From Occultella glacieicola (GTDB taxonomy: Bacteria; Actinomycetota; Actinomycetes; Actinomycetales; Beutenbergiaceae), in NCBI RefSeq assembly GCF_004353825.1, contig NZ_SMNA01000015.1, positions 1 to 64,000 of the forward strand: 64,000 nucleotides of DNA. Reading direction: 5' to 3'. Below, in pieces: positions 28,011-37,895 of this stretch. Made by a program: the position numbers and the translations under genes. The notes below the pieces were generated by a model. That model made no database searches. It worked only from the letters and a program-made list of their open reading frames with translations, and had not been told where the DNA came from. The number at the start of each line of letters is the position of its first letter. Position 1 is the stretch's first letter.

Positions 28011-29923
28011 GCCGTTACCGCCTCGACGACGAAGGTCGCCCGCAGGGTCGTCGTGCCGACGAGTGCGGGGCCGCGCACGGCCACGACCCCGAGCGGGAGC
28101 CCGGACGGGTTCGCGGGGGCATCGGCGCGCAGCGCCGTCCAGCCCGCCGGCATCGTGAGGCTCAGTCGTGGCGCGTCCGGGTGGTCCCAGGTCACGTCCA
28201 CGGCACCATCGTGCGCCGACAGGGCCCGGACGTCCGTGAGCCACGCGTGCCCGAGGTCGTCGGTGGGCGGTTCGACCGCGGCGCCGGTCGCGGCCACGAT
28301 CGTGCCGTCACCATGGAACAGCCACTCCAGTGGGGTTCCCGGGTCGCACACGACCTGCAGCTCATCGGTCCAGCCCGATCCGGTCAGGGCCAGGCTCCGG
28401 CTCACCTCGGCACCGTTCCAGGAGCTGCGCGCCGTCAGGCTGCGGTCGTCGGCGTGCACCAGCTCGCCGTCGTGCGGTGGTTGCGGTCGGTCCCCGACGA
28501 CGATCACGTTGTGCGCGACCTGCGAACGCATCCACACCGTGATGTCGGCTCCGTAACCGCTGGTCCCGAGGTCCAGGCTGCGCCACTGCCCACACTCGAC
28601 GTCGACGGCCAGCTTGTCGTGGTGGTCGTGCCAACCCGCGTCGGGGCCGAACCGTATCGCCACGCGGGCCAGCCGGCTCCGCAGCAGCCCGATGCCGGGG
28701 CCGCGCCACACGAACGAACCGGGCTGTGCGCCGTCGCTGCCGTCCGGGAGTGTCTCCGCGCCGAAGACCAGCGCCCCGACGCTGTAGCGGCCGACGCGCT
28801 CGCCCGACGGGCCGGCGACGTGACCGGCGCCGAACCACACCTGGACCGGAGCCGGCCGGTCGTCGAGGTACGGCGGGACGAGCGCCGTGCTCGCCCCGGG
28901 AAGCAGCGCCGAGGCGACCTCGGCCGTCTGGGCGAACGTGCCGAGGAAGCTGTCCGGCCAGCCGTCCCCGTAGGCCGGGACCCGGCCGTCGGTGTACGCC
29001 AGCTCGGCCGGTGCCTGCACGGCCCGGAGCAGGCGCTGGGCCGGCTCGCCCGCCAGCGCTTCCGGCCCGGCGACCTCGACGAACGACAGGAGCGCGTTGA
29101 CCGCGTAGAAGTGGTAGTGGGGATTGACCTCGAACCACAGGCCCTCGGGGTGCATGCCCTCGAGGAGCTGGGCTCGTGCCCCGAACGGCCCGTCGGTCGC
29201 GGTCGCCAGCAGTTCGGCGTCGCCGGTGGCGACCGCGCACTCGGCGAGCGCGGCGACGATCCAGCAGTGGATGTTGTGGATCATCCCGAGCTGGGGCGCG
29301 AGCACGTCGGCGACGTCAGCGGCGAGCGCTCGCGCGGCGGCCCGGGTGGACTCGGCCAGGTGCGGCCCTGCCCATCGGACCGATCGCAGCAGCCCGATGA
29401 TCCACACCGACTCGTCGAGGTTCTGCGGCGTCACGCGCGCCTTCCCGACGTTGACGCCGTGCAGCTCGTAGGAACGGTAGTGGGAGGCGTAGTGGGTCAC
29501 GATCCGGGTGAGGGCTTCGCCGGCGGCCGCGCGTGAGTCCTCGTCGTCGCCGAGCCGGGCGAGCAGGGCGGCTCGCTGCGACTGGGCGGCCGCCATGTTG
29601 TGCATCCGCGTGCGCCAGGCGCCGTCCCAGGGGTCCCCGCGGTAGGTGCGCCCGCAACCGGGGCAGACGTGCTCGTTTGGGCGGGCGGAGTCGAAGCGCA
29701 GCGGCTCGCCGTCGTCGTCGCAGAAGTAGTGGTGCGTCCAGGCGCTGACCTGGTCCGGGCCGGGCAGGCGCAGACGGGTCTGCCAGTGCTCGAAGTCCGC
29801 ACGGACCGCGTCGAGGGTGTCGGCGGCCCAGCCGGTCCGCGCGACCCGGCTGCGTACGTCCGCCCAGTTCGGGATGGTGCTCGGTGCGATCGATGGTGCT
29901 TCGGCCGGAGTGGGGTGAGGCAT
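28007..29923 (-). CDS. Heparinase II/III-like (alginate/oligo-uronate) polysaccharide lyase
   Basis: HNIHCW, EGLWFE..HYHFY, HDHHDKL, DLGTSGYG, AHNVIVV. Confidence 0.75.
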   Translation of the reverse strand: MPHPTPAEAPSIAPSTIPNWADVRSRVARTGWAADTLDAVRADFEHWQTRLRLPGPDQVSAWTHHYFCDDDGEPLRFDSARPNEHVCPGCGRTYRGDPWDGAWRTRMHNMAAAQSQRAALLARLGDDEDSRAAAGEALTRIVTHYASHYRSYELHGVNVGKARVTPQNLDESVWIIGLLRSVRWAGPHLAESTRAAARALAADVADVLAPQLGMIHNIHCWIVAALAECAVATGDAELLATATDGPFGARAQLLEGMHPEGLWFEVNPHYHFYAVNALLSFVEVAGPEALAGEPAQRLLRAVQAPAELAYTDGRVPAYGDGWPDSFLGTFAQTAEVASALLPGASTALVPPYLDDRPAPVQVWFGAGHVAGPSGERVGRYSVGALVFGAETLPDGSDGAQPGSFVWRGPGIGLLRSRLARVAIRFGPDAGWHDHHDKLAVDVECGQWRSLDLGTSGYGADITVWMRSQVAHNVIVVGDRPQPPHDGELVHADDRSLTARSSWNGAEVSRSLALTGSGWTDELQVVCDPGTPLEWLFHGDGTIVAATGAAVEPPTDDLGHAWLTDVRALSAHDGAVDVTWDHPDAPRLSLTMPAGWTALRADAPANPSGLPLGVVAVRGPALVGTTTLRATFVVEAVTA

Positions 29924-30027
29924 CGAGGTCCTTGGTCGGTGGTCGTGGAGTTCTCTCGAGCGAGGTGTTCGCCCGTCGAGGAAGGGATCTGGTCCGTCTG
30001 CTGGTCGTCTGCTGGTTCGGTCCGCGT

Positions 30028-30741
30028 TCAGTCGGGCAACACCCCAAATCCGACGGCGGCCAGCCCACGGTCCCGCGCTGCGCCCAGGACCGCGCCCAAC
30101 CGTCCGGGCGTGATGAAGTTGCGGCCCTGGGCCAGGCCCCGGTCCCACTCGGCGATGTCGTGCGCGTACAGGCACACGCTCGCTCCCGTGCGCTCTGCCT
30201 CGTCGAGGACGTGGAGCAGCACGCCGCCGTCGTCGGGGTTCGCGACGCCTCGACGTCCGACGTCGATGCCGCGGGCCGGAAGGACCCGCGGCATCGATGG
30301 CTCGTCAAGATCGGCGAGCACGGCCAGGGCCCGCTCGTCGAGGTGCCTCGGAGTCGTCGATCGCAACCAGGAGAAGCGCCCCGTCAGAACGTCGTCGATC
30401 GCCCGGGTGTGCCGGCCGAAGGGGTGGGCGAAGTCGCGATGACCCAGGCTGCGCTCCGCCAGGGCGGCGATCGACGGCTCGATCTCCTCCTCCAGGTAGG
30501 CCGCGAGTCCGTGGTCGGCCACGAACCCGGGTCCATCGGCATGACGCGAGCCGTGGCTCGCGATCGTGTGGCCCTCGCGCTGCAGCACCTGCAGCCGCTC
30601 GGTCTCCTCGTCGGTGAGCCGGTCCGCGTGCGAGACGAAGAACGTCACGCGGGCCCCGGCGTCGTCGAGCACTCCCCGATGCGCGAACCAGTGATCGACG
30701 GTGCGGTCGTCGAACGACATCAGCAGGCTCGGTTCCGTCAT
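30028..30741 (-). CDS. Polysaccharide deacetylase (CE4/NodB-like)
   Basis: MSFDD, TFFV, HTIASHGSRH, FAHPFG, LYAH. Confidence 0.8.
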   Translation of the reverse strand: MTEPSLLMSFDDRTVDHWFAHRGVLDDAGARVTFFVSHADRLTDEETERLQVLQREGHTIASHGSRHADGPGFVADHGLAAYLEEEIEPSIAALAERSLGHRDFAHPFGRHTRAIDDVLTGRFSWLRSTTPRHLDERALAVLADLDEPSMPRVLPARGIDVGRRGVANPDDGGVLLHVLDEAERTGASVCLYAHDIAEWDRGLAQGRNFITPGRLGAVLGAARDRGLAAVGFGVLPD

Positions 30742-30783
30742 CGGTGGGCGCCCGGGCGTCCGCACCTGTTCTCGAACGAGGCC

Positions 30784-32412
30784 TCAGGCGTCCCCGTTCT
30801 CGGCGAAGGCCTCCGCGAACTCGTCACGCATGGCGTCGCCGCCGCCGTCCTTCCAGGTCTGCACGGCGTCGGTCCACGCCGAGACCGGCTTGCGGCCCTG
30901 CAGGATGTCGACCTCGAGGTCGCGCAGTGCGGTGCCGATCTGGGTGCCCTTGCGGGACTCGGTCTCGCTGAACAGGGTGGCCGACGGGTTCGGGATCGCC
31001 GTCGGGACCGCCTCGGTCTGTACGTCGAACAGCGTCTGGGCGACGTCGGGCCGCCCGGGCATGTAGGTCACCCACGGCCCCTCGCCGAGGTACCGCAGCC
31101 CCAGCTGGGTCTCGCTCTTGCCCTTGTCGTTGAGGACCGGGTCACCGTCGACGAGCTCGTGGTGTACGCCCTCCAGGCCGTAGCTCTTGAAGAGGTGTTC
31201 GGCACTGCCGAACGGAGCGGCGAAGTAGTTGAGCACGTCCAACAGCGCCTCGGCACGGTCCGCCGACTTCAGGCTGATCCCGGTGAGGTTGTGCGTCGGA
31301 CCGGCGAGCCAGATCGGTGCCATGCCGCCGCCCTCGGCGAGCGGAGGCAGGATCACGTCGAGGTCGAGACTCTGGTCGCCGGAGAGGTTCGCGAACGCCG
31401 GCCAGGCGCTGAAGGTGTCCTCGACGAACCGCGTGGTGCCCGCGATCGTCCAGGCCTGCCGCTGCTGGTTGTCCGAGGACGTGGTGTCGGGGTGCACCAG
31501 ACCGTCGGCGACGAGCTTGCGACCGGCCTCGAGGGCATCGAGCTGGCGTTCGTCCTCGTTCGCGCTCACCCAGGTGCCACCGTCCACCGACCAGCCGTTG
31601 GCGATGCCGAAGGACTGCCGGATGACCTGGAGGGGGACGTTCGCGAGAGCCCAGGTGGTCGAGGAGGTCAGCTCGGCGAACATGGCGTAGAGGTCGTCCC
31701 AGGACTGGGCGGCCGGGTCGATTCCCTGCTCCTCGAGCAGGTCATAGCGGCCGTAGAGCACGGTGCTGCTCTGCGCCCCGCGCGCGATCGGCACGCCGTA
31801 GATGCGGCCACCGTAGACGCTCGACCTCCAGCTCTCCGTGGGGATGCTGGCGAGGAACGGGTACTTCTCGATCGCGTCGCCGCTGAGCAGTTCGGTCAGG
31901 TCCGCGGCGCGCTCGTGCAGGAGCGAGGGCAGGCCGGGGATGCCCTTCGGCCAGAACGTGAACAGGTCGGGGAGCCGGTCGCCGGCCACCGTGGTCTGGA
32001 ACCGGTCGGTGTAGTCGCCGCTGGGGACCAGGGAGACCGAGAGCGTGAACCCGAGCCGCTCGTTCAGTTCCTGCCAGAAGGCGTTCTGGTCCATCGCCGG
32101 CGGCACCGGATTGTTGGTGAGGGCGAAGGCGGAGACGTCCTGACCGTCGCCCGGAGGGCCGTCGGTGGCCGGCTGCGGGTTGGCCGGGTACGCCAGCATC
32201 GTGTCGCTGACGCCGTTCTCGCCGGGCAGGTCCGCGACGAAGTCGGGATTGGGGATGTAGGTGGGCAGCGTGACACTGCTGTTCTCGGCCTGCGAGCCGG
32301 CGTCACCGCGGCCCTCGTTGCTGCAGCCGGCGAGTCCGCCGAGAGTGGCGAGGCCTCCGATGGCGAGCGTGCTCTGCAGCAGTTGCCGGCGTGCGATACG
32401 GATCTCTGACAT
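30784..32412 (-). CDS. Sugar ABC transporter substrate-binding lipoprotein (Tat)
   Basis: ARRQLL twin-arginine signal, LAGC lipobox, GRIYGVP, YGLEGVH. AAGGAG RBS. Confidence 0.9.
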   Translation of the reverse strand: MSEIRIARRQLLQSTLAIGGLATLGGLAGCSNEGRGDAGSQAENSSVTLPTYIPNPDFVADLPGENGVSDTMLAYPANPQPATDGPPGDGQDVSAFALTNNPVPPAMDQNAFWQELNERLGFTLSVSLVPSGDYTDRFQTTVAGDRLPDLFTFWPKGIPGLPSLLHERAADLTELLSGDAIEKYPFLASIPTESWRSSVYGGRIYGVPIARGAQSSTVLYGRYDLLEEQGIDPAAQSWDDLYAMFAELTSSTTWALANVPLQVIRQSFGIANGWSVDGGTWVSANEDERQLDALEAGRKLVADGLVHPDTTSSDNQQRQAWTIAGTTRFVEDTFSAWPAFANLSGDQSLDLDVILPPLAEGGGMAPIWLAGPTHNLTGISLKSADRAEALLDVLNYFAAPFGSAEHLFKSYGLEGVHHELVDGDPVLNDKGKSETQLGLRYLGEGPWVTYMPGRPDVAQTLFDVQTEAVPTAIPNPSATLFSETESRKGTQIGTALRDLEVDILQGRKPVSAWTDAVQTWKDGGGDAMRDEFAEAFAENGDA

Positions 32413-32475
32413 GGGTGACTCCTTTGTGGATGGTCACGTCCGCAGCTCTGCGGGACGCGGTGGTGCGAGGCCGGC

Positions 32476-33402
32476 TCAGCCCTTGACGGCGCCGGTGAGC
32501 ATGCCCTTGGCGAAGTGCCGTTGCAGGAAGGGATAGACGATGAGGATCGGGATGATCGAGATGACGAGGATCGCCATCTGGATCGTCGTCTGCGGCGGTA
32601 GCGACGCCTCGGCGCCGAGGTCCTGAGCCCCGAGCTGGGTGCCGTCGACGACGTAGGTCCGCAGCACCAGTTGCAGCGGCCACAGGGAGGAGTCGCTGAG
32701 GTAGAGCATCGCGTTGAAGAACGCGTTCCAGTAGCCGACCCCGTAGAACAACCCGACCACCGCAAGGACCGGGCGCGCCAGTGGCAGGCCCATGTACCAG
32801 AACAGCTTCCACTCGCCCGCGCCGTCGATGCGTGCGCTGTCCATGACCTCCTGGGGCAGCCCCACGAAGAAGGCGCGCACCACGATGACGTTGAAGGCGG
32901 ACACCGCCGTCGGCACGATGATGGCCGAGAGGGTGTCGAGCATGCCGAGCTGCTGGACCACCAGGTAGCTGGGGATGATGCCCGGGTTGAAGAGCAGGCT
33001 GACCAGGACGAGCAGCAGCAGCTGCCGGTTGCCCATCGTCTGGCGGCGCGACAGTGCCCAGCCGAGCATCGCGGTCAGGGTCAGACTCAGCACGGTCCCG
33101 ACGGCGGTGACGCCGACGCTGACGAGCAGCGCGCGCGTGACGACACCACCGGTCAGGATCGAGGCGTAGGCGGTCAGGTCGATGCCTTCGGGCAGGAGCA
33201 CGAAGCCGCCGGCCCTGTTGACCTGCTCCGCGGGAGCCAGACTCGTCGAGATGATGCCGACGAACGGCAGGATCACCAGGCCGCAGGCGATCGTCAGCAC
33301 GATCGCCTTGATGACGCTCTCGACCCGGCTGGGGCGCGGGACGCCGTCGATCAGGGTGCCGCGGCCGGTCTTGCGCCGACGTGGTGTGGTGATGGTGCTC
33401 AT
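32476..33402 (-). CDS. Carbohydrate ABC permease (LplC-like)
   Basis: EAA-like DSARIDGAGE, WNAFF, YPFLQRHFAKG. Confidence 0.92.
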   Translation of the reverse strand: MSTITTPRRRKTGRGTLIDGVPRPSRVESVIKAIVLTIACGLVILPFVGIISTSLAPAEQVNRAGGFVLLPEGIDLTAYASILTGGVVTRALLVSVGVTAVGTVLSLTLTAMLGWALSRRQTMGNRQLLLLVLVSLLFNPGIIPSYLVVQQLGMLDTLSAIIVPTAVSAFNVIVVRAFFVGLPQEVMDSARIDGAGEWKLFWYMGLPLARPVLAVVGLFYGVGYWNAFFNAMLYLSDSSLWPLQLVLRTYVVDGTQLGAQDLGAEASLPPQTTIQMAILVISIIPILIVYPFLQRHFAKGMLTGAVKG

Positions 33403-34394
33403 GCGCGGTACACCCCTTCCTCGCCGAGGAGGTGGGCGATCTTGTTGGCCACCAGGACCAGCACGAGACCGACCAGCCCCTTGACGAGCCCGACGGCGGC
33501 CGAGACACCCCAGGCGCCTCCGATCACGCCGTTGTTGTAGACGTAGGTATCGAGGACCTCGGAGACGTCCCGGCCGACGGCCTGTTGCTGCAGGAGCAGC
33601 TGCTCGAAGCCGACCGACAGCGAGTCGCCGAGCTTGAGGATCAGCAGCAGCACGATGATCGGCTTCATCCCGGGCAACGTGACGTGCCAGATCTGGCGCC
33701 ATCTGGTGGCGCCGTCCATCGCCGAGGCCTCGTACAACGACCGGTCGATCTGCGAGAGGACCGCGAGGAACAGGATCGTGGCCCAGCCGGTGTCCTTCCA
33801 GATCACCTGCGAGGTGATGAGCGCGTAGAAGGCGTCCGGGTTGCCGATGATGTCGACACCCGCCCAGCCGTGGCTGCGCAGGAAGTTGTTGATCATGCCG
33901 GCGCCGCCGAGCATCTGCTGGAACACGGCCACGACGATGACCCAGGACAGGAAGTGCGGCAGGTAGAGCACGGACTGAACGGCCTGCTTGACCTTGTTCG
34001 AGACCAGGCTGTTGAGCAGCAGCGCCAGGATGATCGGGGCCGGGAACACGAAGACCGTCTGCAGCAGCGTGATGTAGAGCGTGTTCCGCAGGGCGTTCAG
34101 GAACTCCGGATCGCCGGAGAACAGGATCGAGAAGTTCTCGAACCCGACCCACAGGCTCCGCCCGATGCCGAGGTACGGCTGGTAGTCCTGGAAGGCGATG
34201 ACATTGCCGCCCAGCGCCACGTACTGGAAGACGATCACGACCGCGATGCCGGGCAGGGCCAGGAGCAGCACCGGATGGTCGCGGCGCAGCCTCGCCCAGA
34301 AGCCCTGGCTCTCCCGGCGCGCAGGTCTGCCGGTTCCAGTGGGGTCGGGGGTGGGTGTGGGGGTCGACGCTCGCGCTTCGCGCGTCGCCGTCAT
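33399..34394 (-). CDS. Carbohydrate ABC permease (LplB-like)
   Basis: WVGFENF, YLPHFLSWV, LYEASAMDGA. GTG 34406 is an alternative start. Confidence 0.92.
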   Translation of the reverse strand: MTATREARASTPTPTPDPTGTGRPARRESQGFWARLRRDHPVLLLALPGIAVVIVFQYVALGGNVIAFQDYQPYLGIGRSLWVGFENFSILFSGDPEFLNALRNTLYITLLQTVFVFPAPIILALLLNSLVSNKVKQAVQSVLYLPHFLSWVIVVAVFQQMLGGAGMINNFLRSHGWAGVDIIGNPDAFYALITSQVIWKDTGWATILFLAVLSQIDRSLYEASAMDGATRWRQIWHVTLPGMKPIIVLLLILKLGDSLSVGFEQLLLQQQAVGRDVSEVLDTYVYNNGVIGGAWGVSAAVGLVKGLVGLVLVLVANKIAHLLGEEGVYRA

Positions 34395-34459
34395 GAGGCG
34401 CACCACGGGAGGGTGCGTGAGCCTGGTGCGTGTGCCAACACTGGCGCTCCTTCGGGCCT

Positions 34460-34514
34460 GAGTGATCGTTCACTCGGGACCTTAAGTGATCGTTCACTCA
34501 TCGTCAACTACAGT
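34460..34514. promoter_or_regulatory. Divergent promoters with two LacI-type operators
   Basis: AGTGATCGTTCACT at 34461-34474 and 34485-34498. Minus promoter TTGACG-N17-TAAGGT (34507-34479). Plus -10 TACAGT 6 nt before ATG 34521. Confidence 0.85.
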
Positions 34515-34520
34515 GTGCGG

Positions 34521-35519
34521 ATGAGCCAACCGACACGACGTCCGACGATCCGAGAGGTCGCCAAGCACGCCGGCGTGTCTCATCAGACGGTGTCCCGCTT
34601 CCTGCGGGACGACCCGACGCTGCGCCCGCAGACCCGCAAGGCCGTCGAGGACGCCGTCGGCGCGCTCGGCTACCGGCCCAATCTCGCGGCCCGTTCGATG
34701 CGCACCAGACGGTCCGGAGCGGTCGCGATCGTCCTGCCCACGATGACCGGACCGGAGCGGACGGTCGCGGCCGCCGTCGAGGAGGCCCGATCCAGCGGCT
34801 TCCGCGTCGAGGTCATCATCGGCGTCGACGAGAGCGCCGCCGCGCTGAGCGCGCGTGCTCGCGACCTGTTGGACAGCGGGCAGGTCGAGGGAGTGCTCTC
34901 CGTGGCGCCGATCGTGGCCGCGACGGATCGCGCCGGCGCCGTGATCGACACCGGCGAGTATGACCAGCGGATGCGAGCGGTGGAGGCTGTCGCCGGTGAC
35001 GTCGAGACGATGGCCTCACTCGTGCGGGCACTGGCCGATCTTGGGCACCGCCACCTCCTGCATGCCGCCGGCCCACAGGGCTGGAACTCGGCCCAGCTGC
35101 GGTTGCGCGGTTACCTGCGGGCGATCGAGGAGCTGGGCCTGACGTCGCACGGCGAGCCGGCCGGGGACTGGCACCCCGAGACCGGGATCAAGGCGATGGC
35201 GACGCTCGATGACGACTCCCCGGTCACCGCCGTGGTCGCGGCCAGCGATCGGATCGCGGCCGGCGTGCTGTCCGCGGCGGCGGATCGCGGTTGGGCCGTG
35301 CCGGACCGGATCAGCGTGACGGGCTGGGACGACATGCTGCTGATGCGGTACGCGACTCCGCCGTTGTCCACGGTCGTGGTCGACCGCGAGACTGCCGGGC
35401 GTCACGCCATGCGGCGGCTGATCGCCGCGGTCCGTGGCGAGGCGGAGCCGCCGGCGCCGGAGACCACGCTCACGCGGGTCACGCTGCGTGGGAGCTCCGG
35501 ACCGCCGCCGCGGCGGTGA
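34521..35519 (+). CDS. LacI-family transcriptional regulator
   Basis: PTIREVAKHAGVSHQTVSR, LGYRPN, SVTGWDD, PPLSTV. Confidence 0.95.
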   Translation: MSQPTRRPTIREVAKHAGVSHQTVSRFLRDDPTLRPQTRKAVEDAVGALGYRPNLAARSMRTRRSGAVAIVLPTMTGPERTVAAAVEEARSSGFRVEVIIGVDESAAALSARARDLLDSGQVEGVLSVAPIVAATDRAGAVIDTGEYDQRMRAVEAVAGDVETMASLVRALADLGHRHLLHAAGPQGWNSAQLRLRGYLRAIEELGLTSHGEPAGDWHPETGIKAMATLDDDSPVTAVVAASDRIAAGVLSAAADRGWAVPDRISVTGWDDMLLMRYATPPLSTVVVDRETAGRHAMRRLIAAVRGEAEPPAPETTLTRVTLRGSSGPPPRR

Positions 35520-35521
35520 CG

Positions 35522-36118
35522 TCAGTACTCGTCGGCGGGTAGGTCCACCCGCGCGGCGATCGTCCGCCGCGCCTGTTGCGCCGCCGAGCGTGCCGAACCG
35601 TCCGGGTCGTCGAGGGCGACGTCGGCGAGCGGTGCGAGATGCTCGCGTTCGCCGACCGCGCCCAGCGCCTTGGCGGCGGCCGCGCGTACCCGGGGGACGT
35701 CGTCCTCCAGAAGGGCGGCGAGCCGGTCCGCCGCGGCGCCGATCTCGCGTGACCCGGCCACCTTCGCGGCCATCTCCCGGACCCGCCAGTGCGCATCGGT
35801 GAGGGCGCCCACCAGCGCCGCCGCTGCGCCGTCGGCGGCCTCGGTGCCCTCCGCCCAGCAGTACCGCATCGCGCGAGCAGCCCACACCCGCGACCAGTGC
35901 CCGAACATCGGCCCGCGGGGACCGGTGAGATCGGTCGGCAGGGCCGCGCCGGGCCGACCGCCGATCCAGGCGAGCGGGTGGGGGCTGGCCAGCGGGTCGG
36001 CGCCGGCGAGGAGGTCGGCACACCAGCCGAGCACCTCGTCCGTGCCGAGCTCACGCTCGGCCTGGGCCACCCAGACACTCCGGTGGGCGGTGGGGTCGTC
36101 CGGACCGTCGTCGGCCAT
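35522..36118 (-). CDS. HEAT-repeat protein
   Basis: LTDAHWRVREMAAK, LEDDVPRVRAAAAKALG, LDDPDGSARSAA. Confidence 0.75.
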   Translation of the reverse strand: MADDGPDDPTAHRSVWVAQAERELGTDEVLGWCADLLAGADPLASPHPLAWIGGRPGAALPTDLTGPRGPMFGHWSRVWAARAMRYCWAEGTEAADGAAAALVGALTDAHWRVREMAAKVAGSREIGAAADRLAALLEDDVPRVRAAAAKALGAVGEREHLAPLADVALDDPDGSARSAAQQARRTIAARVDLPADEY

Positions 36119-36205
36119 GCGCCAAGCCTGCCAGCCGCTGCCCGTTCCGGTGCCCGTGCGCGCGTCGGCGGTGCGTGGGCCCGCGGTTTCGGGAAGGATC
36201 GGGGC

Positions 36206-37018
36206 ATGGCAAACCCTGGAACGGACACAGCGACCGAGTTCGGAGTCATCGTGGGGACCGACGGCGTCGCAGCCGCCCGGGCCGCGGGCGCGGACTACGT
36301 GGAGCCCACGATCGTGGGCAACCTGGTGGTGCCGGCGCCCTCCGGTGGCTGGATGCGCTCGCCGCACTACGACGGCGACCCCAGCCCGTCCTTCGCGATC
36401 CTGTTCCCGCGCGACCTGCGCCTCGCGGATCCGGACTTCCCGGTCGAGGAGATCGACGCCTATCTGGAGGCGGCGATGGCCGTCGTGGCGTCGGCGGCCC
36501 GGCCCGGCGCGAAGATCGTGTTCGGCAGCGGCGCCGCCCGCAACCGGCCCGACGGCGTCGACGTCGCCGTGGCGAGGGCGCTGCTGGCCCGCGTGCTGAC
36601 CCGTGCGCGGGACGTCGCCGCCCGGCATCAGCTGCGAGTGCTGCTCGAGCCCCTGCACACCGGTGAGACGAACATGATCAACTCGATCGCCGAGGCGGTG
36701 GCGTTCCTGGACGAGTTCGCCATCACCGACGTCCAGGTGGTGGCGGACCTGTTCCACATCATGACCGCGGGCGAGGACCTGGCCGTCGTCCGGGAGCAGG
36801 GCGCGCGGATCGGGCACGCCCACATCGCCGACTCCGGCCGCACCCCACCCGGGCAGGGGGACTGGCCGCTGCCGGCGTTCCTGAACGCGCTGCGGGCGGG
36901 CGGCTACACCGGCCCGGTGAGCGTGGAGTGCCACTTCACCGATCTCGGGCCGGAACTCGCCGGGGCCCTCGCCCACCTGCGTGAGCTCGATGCGGCGAGG
37001 GCGGTCCCGGCGAACTGA
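36206..37018 (+). CDS. Sugar phosphate isomerase/epimerase (AP-endonuclease-2 TIM barrel)
   Basis: LEPL, ADLFH, HAHIAD, R.PPGQG, SVEC. Confidence 0.85.
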   Translation: MANPGTDTATEFGVIVGTDGVAAARAAGADYVEPTIVGNLVVPAPSGGWMRSPHYDGDPSPSFAILFPRDLRLADPDFPVEEIDAYLEAAMAVVASAARPGAKIVFGSGAARNRPDGVDVAVARALLARVLTRARDVAARHQLRVLLEPLHTGETNMINSIAEAVAFLDEFAITDVQVVADLFHIMTAGEDLAVVREQGARIGHAHIADSGRTPPGQGDWPLPAFLNALRAGGYTGPVSVECHFTDLGPELAGALAHLRELDAARAVPAN

Positions 37019-37025
37019 GGTCCGG

Positions 37026-37895
37026 CTACTTGCCGCCGGTGGTGGCGATGCCCTGGAGCAGGTACTTCTGACCGAACAGGAACACCAGGAACAGCGGTAC
37101 CAGCGAGACGATGGACATGGCGAACATCGCTCCCCAATTGCTGCCCGAGGTCGCGTCCAGGAAGGACCGCAGGGCCAGCGGCACCGTGTACATGTCCGGG
37201 GCGGTCAGGTAGATCAGCGACGTGAAGAAGTCGCTCCAGGTCCAGATGAACGTGAAGATCGCGGCCGTCGCCAGGGCCGGCACCATCAACGGGATGATGA
37301 TCCGGAAGAAGATGCGGAAGTGCCCGCAGCCGTCGATCCGGGCCGCCTCGTCCAGCTCGCGGGGGATGCCCCGGATGAACTGGACCATGAGGAACACGAA
37401 GAAGGCGTCGGTCGCGAGGAACTTCGGCAGCACCAGCGGGAGGAACGTGTTCACCATGCCGAACGTGTTGAACACGATGTACTGGGGCACGATCACGACG
37501 TGGAACGGCAGCATGATCGTCATCAGCATGATCGCGAACCAGAGCGTACGGAGCCGGAACTTCAGCCGGGCGAATGCGTAGGCCGCGAGCGAGCAGGACA
37601 GCAGGTTCCCGATGACCGCCCCGGCGACCACGATGCCCGAGTTGACGATGTACCAGTCGAACGGGCGGGCCAGCGCCGTCCAGCCCTCGATGTAGTTGTC
37701 CAGGTAGAGCTCGTTGAGCCACAGGCCCGGGGTCCGGAAGATGACCTCGGTGGGTCGTAGGGAACTGACGAGCATCCAGACGAGCGGATAGATCATCACC
37801 AGGCTGGCGGCGATCAGCAGGGCGTGCTTGCCCGCCGAGCGCAGACGGCTGGCCGCATCGGGCCGTGGCCCGGCCATGGAATCGACGTCAGTCAT
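37026..37895 (-). CDS. Carbohydrate ABC permease
   Basis: ELDEAARIDGCG, WTWSDFF. Confidence 0.92.
   Translation of the reverse strand: MTDVDSMAGPRPDAASRLRSAGKHALLIAASLVMIYPLVWMLVSSLRPTEVIFRTPGLWLNELYLDNYIEGWTALARPFDWYIVNSGIVVAGAVIGNLLSCSLAAYAFARLKFRLRTLWFAIMLMTIMLPFHVVIVPQYIVFNTFGMVNTFLPLVLPKFLATDAFFVFLMVQFIRGIPRELDEAARIDGCGHFRIFFRIIIPLMVPALATAAIFTFIWTWSDFFTSLIYLTAPDMYTVPLALRSFLDATSGSNWGAMFAMSIVSLVPLFLVFLFGQKYLLQGIATTGGK

Noticed and set aside
34461..34498. Repeat pair as a mini-CRISPR or att site
   Set aside because: The 14-bp CG-centred palindromes sit over a promoter beside lacI and are better explained as operators.
32476..35519. Extended ORF-track versions of the permease (673 aa) and LacI (695 aa), and similar extensions elsewhere
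   Set aside because: The extensions overlap neighbouring genes; the true starts are supported by overlaps, RBSs or -10 spacing.
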